A DNA stretch of 39,907 nucleotides from NCBI RefSeq assembly GCF_001194135.2, contig NC_068983.1, positions 45,404,901 through 45,444,807 of the forward strand, read 5' to 3'. Made by a program: the position numbers and the translations under genes. Below the pieces are notes generated by a model. That model did no database searches and had not been told where the DNA came from. It was given only the letters and a program-made list of their open reading frames with translations. Positions 36,541 through 39,907 of the stretch are shown here, in pieces. Source of the stretch: Octopus bimaculoides. Its lineage: Eukaryota. Each line of letters opens with the position of its first letter. Position 1 is the stretch's first letter.

Positions 36541-37132
36541 ATATATATATATAAGCATACATGTTTTTCTTTCTCTGGTTATGCATCTCTCCCACTCTCT
36601 CGCCCTCTTTGTATATATATGTGTGTGTGTATTTCTTATTTTTGTGTGTATATATATATATTCTCGCATGGAATGTCGTGAATCTCGTCACAACACATAC
36701 ACACATACATACATACATACATACATACATACATGCATACATACATACATGCATACATACATACATGNNNNNNNNNNTATAGCCTATCGTAAGTTGTTAA
36801 CGAAAAGACAGAAAAAGAAAATAATACATTAAAAAGTAAAATTAATTGAAGTAGAAATCATTTGTATATAAGATATATAATTGTATTGAAAATAAATGCT
36901 ATATTCACATTAAATGTTCAAAATGTGTTTTTGCATATTTTACAAATTTTCTAAACTCGATGCGTCAAATTTGGGAAATAAGTCACCAATCAATCAATGA
37001 AATTATTTGATGGTATAGTCACTGGTAGTAAGCTTTCGATAATACATCTGATCGATTTCTTTGATCTGAGATTAAACAGTAGCATAACGATAGCACACTG
37101 CAGGACGATATAAACAAGTCAACAGGGAGGTG

Positions 37133-37302
37133 CGATGGGGTACTGAAAAGTTCTTGGATTTGACGGTATCACGAAAGCCTTGGTTGGCGCTGCAATAAGT
37201 ATGGGTGAATCTGAGAAGGGAATGTGTTGAATAAAATTATAAATAACTGATCCTCCTGCATTTTGTTTTACTCAAAGCCAGGCGTTTCTCAGCATCCCCT
37301 CG
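37133..37302. mobile_element. Degenerate mariner MITE
   Basis: Left end cgatggggtactgaaaagttcttggattt versus the reverse complement of the right end, cgaggggatgctgagaaacgcctggcttt. Flanks are TG and TA. Confidence 0.65.
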
Positions 37303-38398
37303 TAATGTTCTACATAAGACATTAGATCTGCTTCAAATAGCAGCCAAATTTTCTTTGGTAGGAAGGCTACGCTAGATAATGTTGTTCTAAACCGACTACA
37401 CTTAATTTTAAGATAAAAACTTGTACTCAATGCTTCTTCAAGCAGTGAAGGAGAAGCTTTGTAGGTGTTTCCACATCGACAGTAGAGCTTCCTGGGGCCA
37501 CCTACCGACATAGGCACAAACCTCTCGCACAACAGCACGCGGTACTGTTATATTAAGACGATGAGGAAGAGTTGGGGGTCTATACAAGGCTTTGACCAGC
37601 TTGAAATAGTAGCCAACTTTTCCTCAGTAAGATGGGTACACTCGATACTGTTCTTCAAGACTAACTGTATATGACTAAATCCAAACGGCAAATTTGATAG
37701 TCAAAATTCAGTTACGACTTCTGATAAAACCGACAACTAGGCTTCGAGAGGATTCTCTATAAATGGCTCGAAGACGCAGACAGGTAGATAGACTGACAGA
37801 TTGATATAGAGATACATAAAGAAAAAGAGTATTAATGAGTGTATGTGTGAGAGTTGTAGTTGGGCCCTTAATAAGAAGACCCATGGAATTTAAGCCTGTA
37901 TATTTCATCATGTATTTAATTTTTCAGACAAGCTCTGACTCGAAAGAGATTTGGTTGATACTTCCAGTACGAAGAGGCTCACTCATTGGTTCTTTCGGTA
38001 TAAGCTGTATGTGCATTTGTGTGTGTGTGTGTGTGTGTGTGTAAACGTATGCGTGCGCGCTCGTGTGCCTGACCGATATGATCGACTGCAGAAATACATT
38101 CAAAGCGATGTTGAAAGATGGCCGCCATCTGATGACTGAAATTTGAGAAGGAATAAAATATCATGAGTGAATGAATACGACACGCACACACGTAAACTCT
38201 GTCACTCTTATATGACTAAATAATAAAATAAATATATATTTAAATAATGAAAAAATATAACTAGAGAATTATACATCTACATCTATATTTATATACTTAT
38301 ACATACACACACACACACACGCACATACGTCTATATATACGGGTACAGTGCATATACATACATATAGCTAAAGAGATATGCAACTAAATATATATATA

Positions 38399-38647
38399 TG
38401 GGTTGGTGCATAATTATTGCGGCCATTTTCAACAAATTTTATTTAACAAAAACAATAAAAACATGTAACAAAAACATCTTTAAATGATTATTCCGGAGCA
38501 TATTCACCATCTACTTCAATTACTGCTTCCCATTTGCTTAGCAGACGGTCAGATCGTCATTTCAAGATGTTTTTGTTAAATATTGTTATTCTTTCTGTTG
38601 AATAAACTTCGTTGAAAAATCGCCGCAGTAAATATGCACCAAGGCAA
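38399..38647 (-). mobile_element. Internally deleted mariner element
   Basis: Ends tgggttggtgcataattattgcggc and (reverse complement) ttgccttggtgcatatttactgcggc, with TA flanks. 38550-38488 encodes DRLLSKWEAVIEVDGEYAPE*, resembling a mariner transposase C-terminus. Confidence 0.8.
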
Positions 38648-39684
38648 TATATGTTTGAGTGAGTGATTCTACAGACGGGTGTGTGTGTATATATAATATA
38701 TATGCATACATATATAAACACACATACATGTCTATGCATATTTATATGCATGCTTGTATATTTGTGTATTGCAAATAGTTTCATATTCATAAATATTCGA
38801 ATGAATATATTAATGTTGTATGGAACGGAATAAATTAATAAATATATAACTGAATAAATAAATAAATAGATGACTAAATAACCATTATATAAATAAAATA
38901 ATGATGAAATAAAAAAAATCAAAATGAAATAAAATAAAACAAACAATTATCCCTTACCGGAAGTTATTGTTTCCAGCATCCACCTAATCATCAACCCTCC
39001 CCCATGCCTCCCTCACTTTTCTAAATGTCAGCATGGATGACGAAAGTGATGACTACACAAAACAAATATCAACAAAAACTAAAAAATTCTGCAATAACCA
39101 CAACAAAAAATACAACGACAATAACAAATATTTATTCGTTTTAATTTTTCTTAATATAGTTTTACGATTTATTTTCTAATTTTCGTTCATTTTCATTAAT
39201 ATTTGTTCACATTTAGCTATTCTTAATTGTATTCCTTAATTTCATACTTATTTATTATCATTATTAATTAACCAGCAAAACTGCTGGTTAAGTTGAAAAA
39301 AATAAATTAGGTCTATAATCTCGTTTACTACTATTCACTTTCCAGTCTTCTCGCGAAAGCGCATGCGTGTGTATGAGTGCGTGTTTTTGTTTCAACTTTT
39401 ATTCGTTAATTCGGTGTATGTGTGCGGAATTATCTTTGCGTAGATGAGAGTCTATCTCTACCAATAATAAACAGCCAATAACAACATTCAGCTTGTCAGT
39501 CTCTCGGTCTTCATTATCTATAATTCACAAACGCACATAGACACAAATACACACACGCACACGCGTACACAAACATACACAACACGCACACAAGTTAACA
39601 CACAAACGCGCAAACTGACTTACATATGAATGTGTGTATATATATATATATATATATCGTTTATTATTATTATTATTATTATTG

Positions 39685-39907
39685 TTCAGTAGTTTTATTT
39701 TTATAACGTGCTTTCACTTCACTACCGAGCGCAGCTCTGTGCGCCTTGGGTATGTGCTGTGGTTTGCTGTGGTGCTCTTATGGTTACTGTATTGAAAGTG
39801 TTTTGCGTAGAATGTGTGCAGTGCCCAGTAGTGCAATTTTCTGTATGTTATATACATTTGTAAGTCCTGGTGTTTTTGTTATGTATTTGTCAGAATATTT
39901 TTTTATT
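39685..39907 (-). mobile_element. R4/Dong-like LINE 3' end continuing beyond the window
   Basis: 39906-39784 is open: IKKYSDKYITKTPGLTNVYNIQKIALLGTAHILRKTLSIQ*. A 3' UTR follows and ends in (TAA)n at 39661-39683. Confidence 0.85.

Overview
This is AT-rich eukaryotic draft-assembly DNA with 13 N-gaps (about 6.4 kb, roughly 16%) and very dense microsatellites. The SINE families resemble those I recall from Octopus genomes; the taxon is an inference from memory, not a database result. I cannot support any host protein-coding gene, tRNA or rRNA gene, or CRISPR array, and almost every ORF in the track is a microsatellite or gap artefact. The window is a transposon graveyard. It holds three decayed Helitron RepHel remnants and an internally deleted Mag-type Ty3/Gypsy LTR element with LTRs, PBS, PPT, gag, protease and integrase but no RT. 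It also holds several R4/Dong-like LINE 3' ends sitting in (TAA)n tracts, a hAT transposase fossil, mariner MITEs or fragments, and tRNA-derived SINEs. The most interesting signal is RNA-level. A type I hammerhead ribozyme with a fully canonical catalytic core and three foldable stems lies at 5735-5808 (minus). A minimal hammerhead variant lies inside a dispersed repeat at 36449-36485, with decayed relatives at about 16.8 kb and 21.3 kb. All protein-family calls come from by-eye translation and motif recall, and need HMM or BLAST confirmation.
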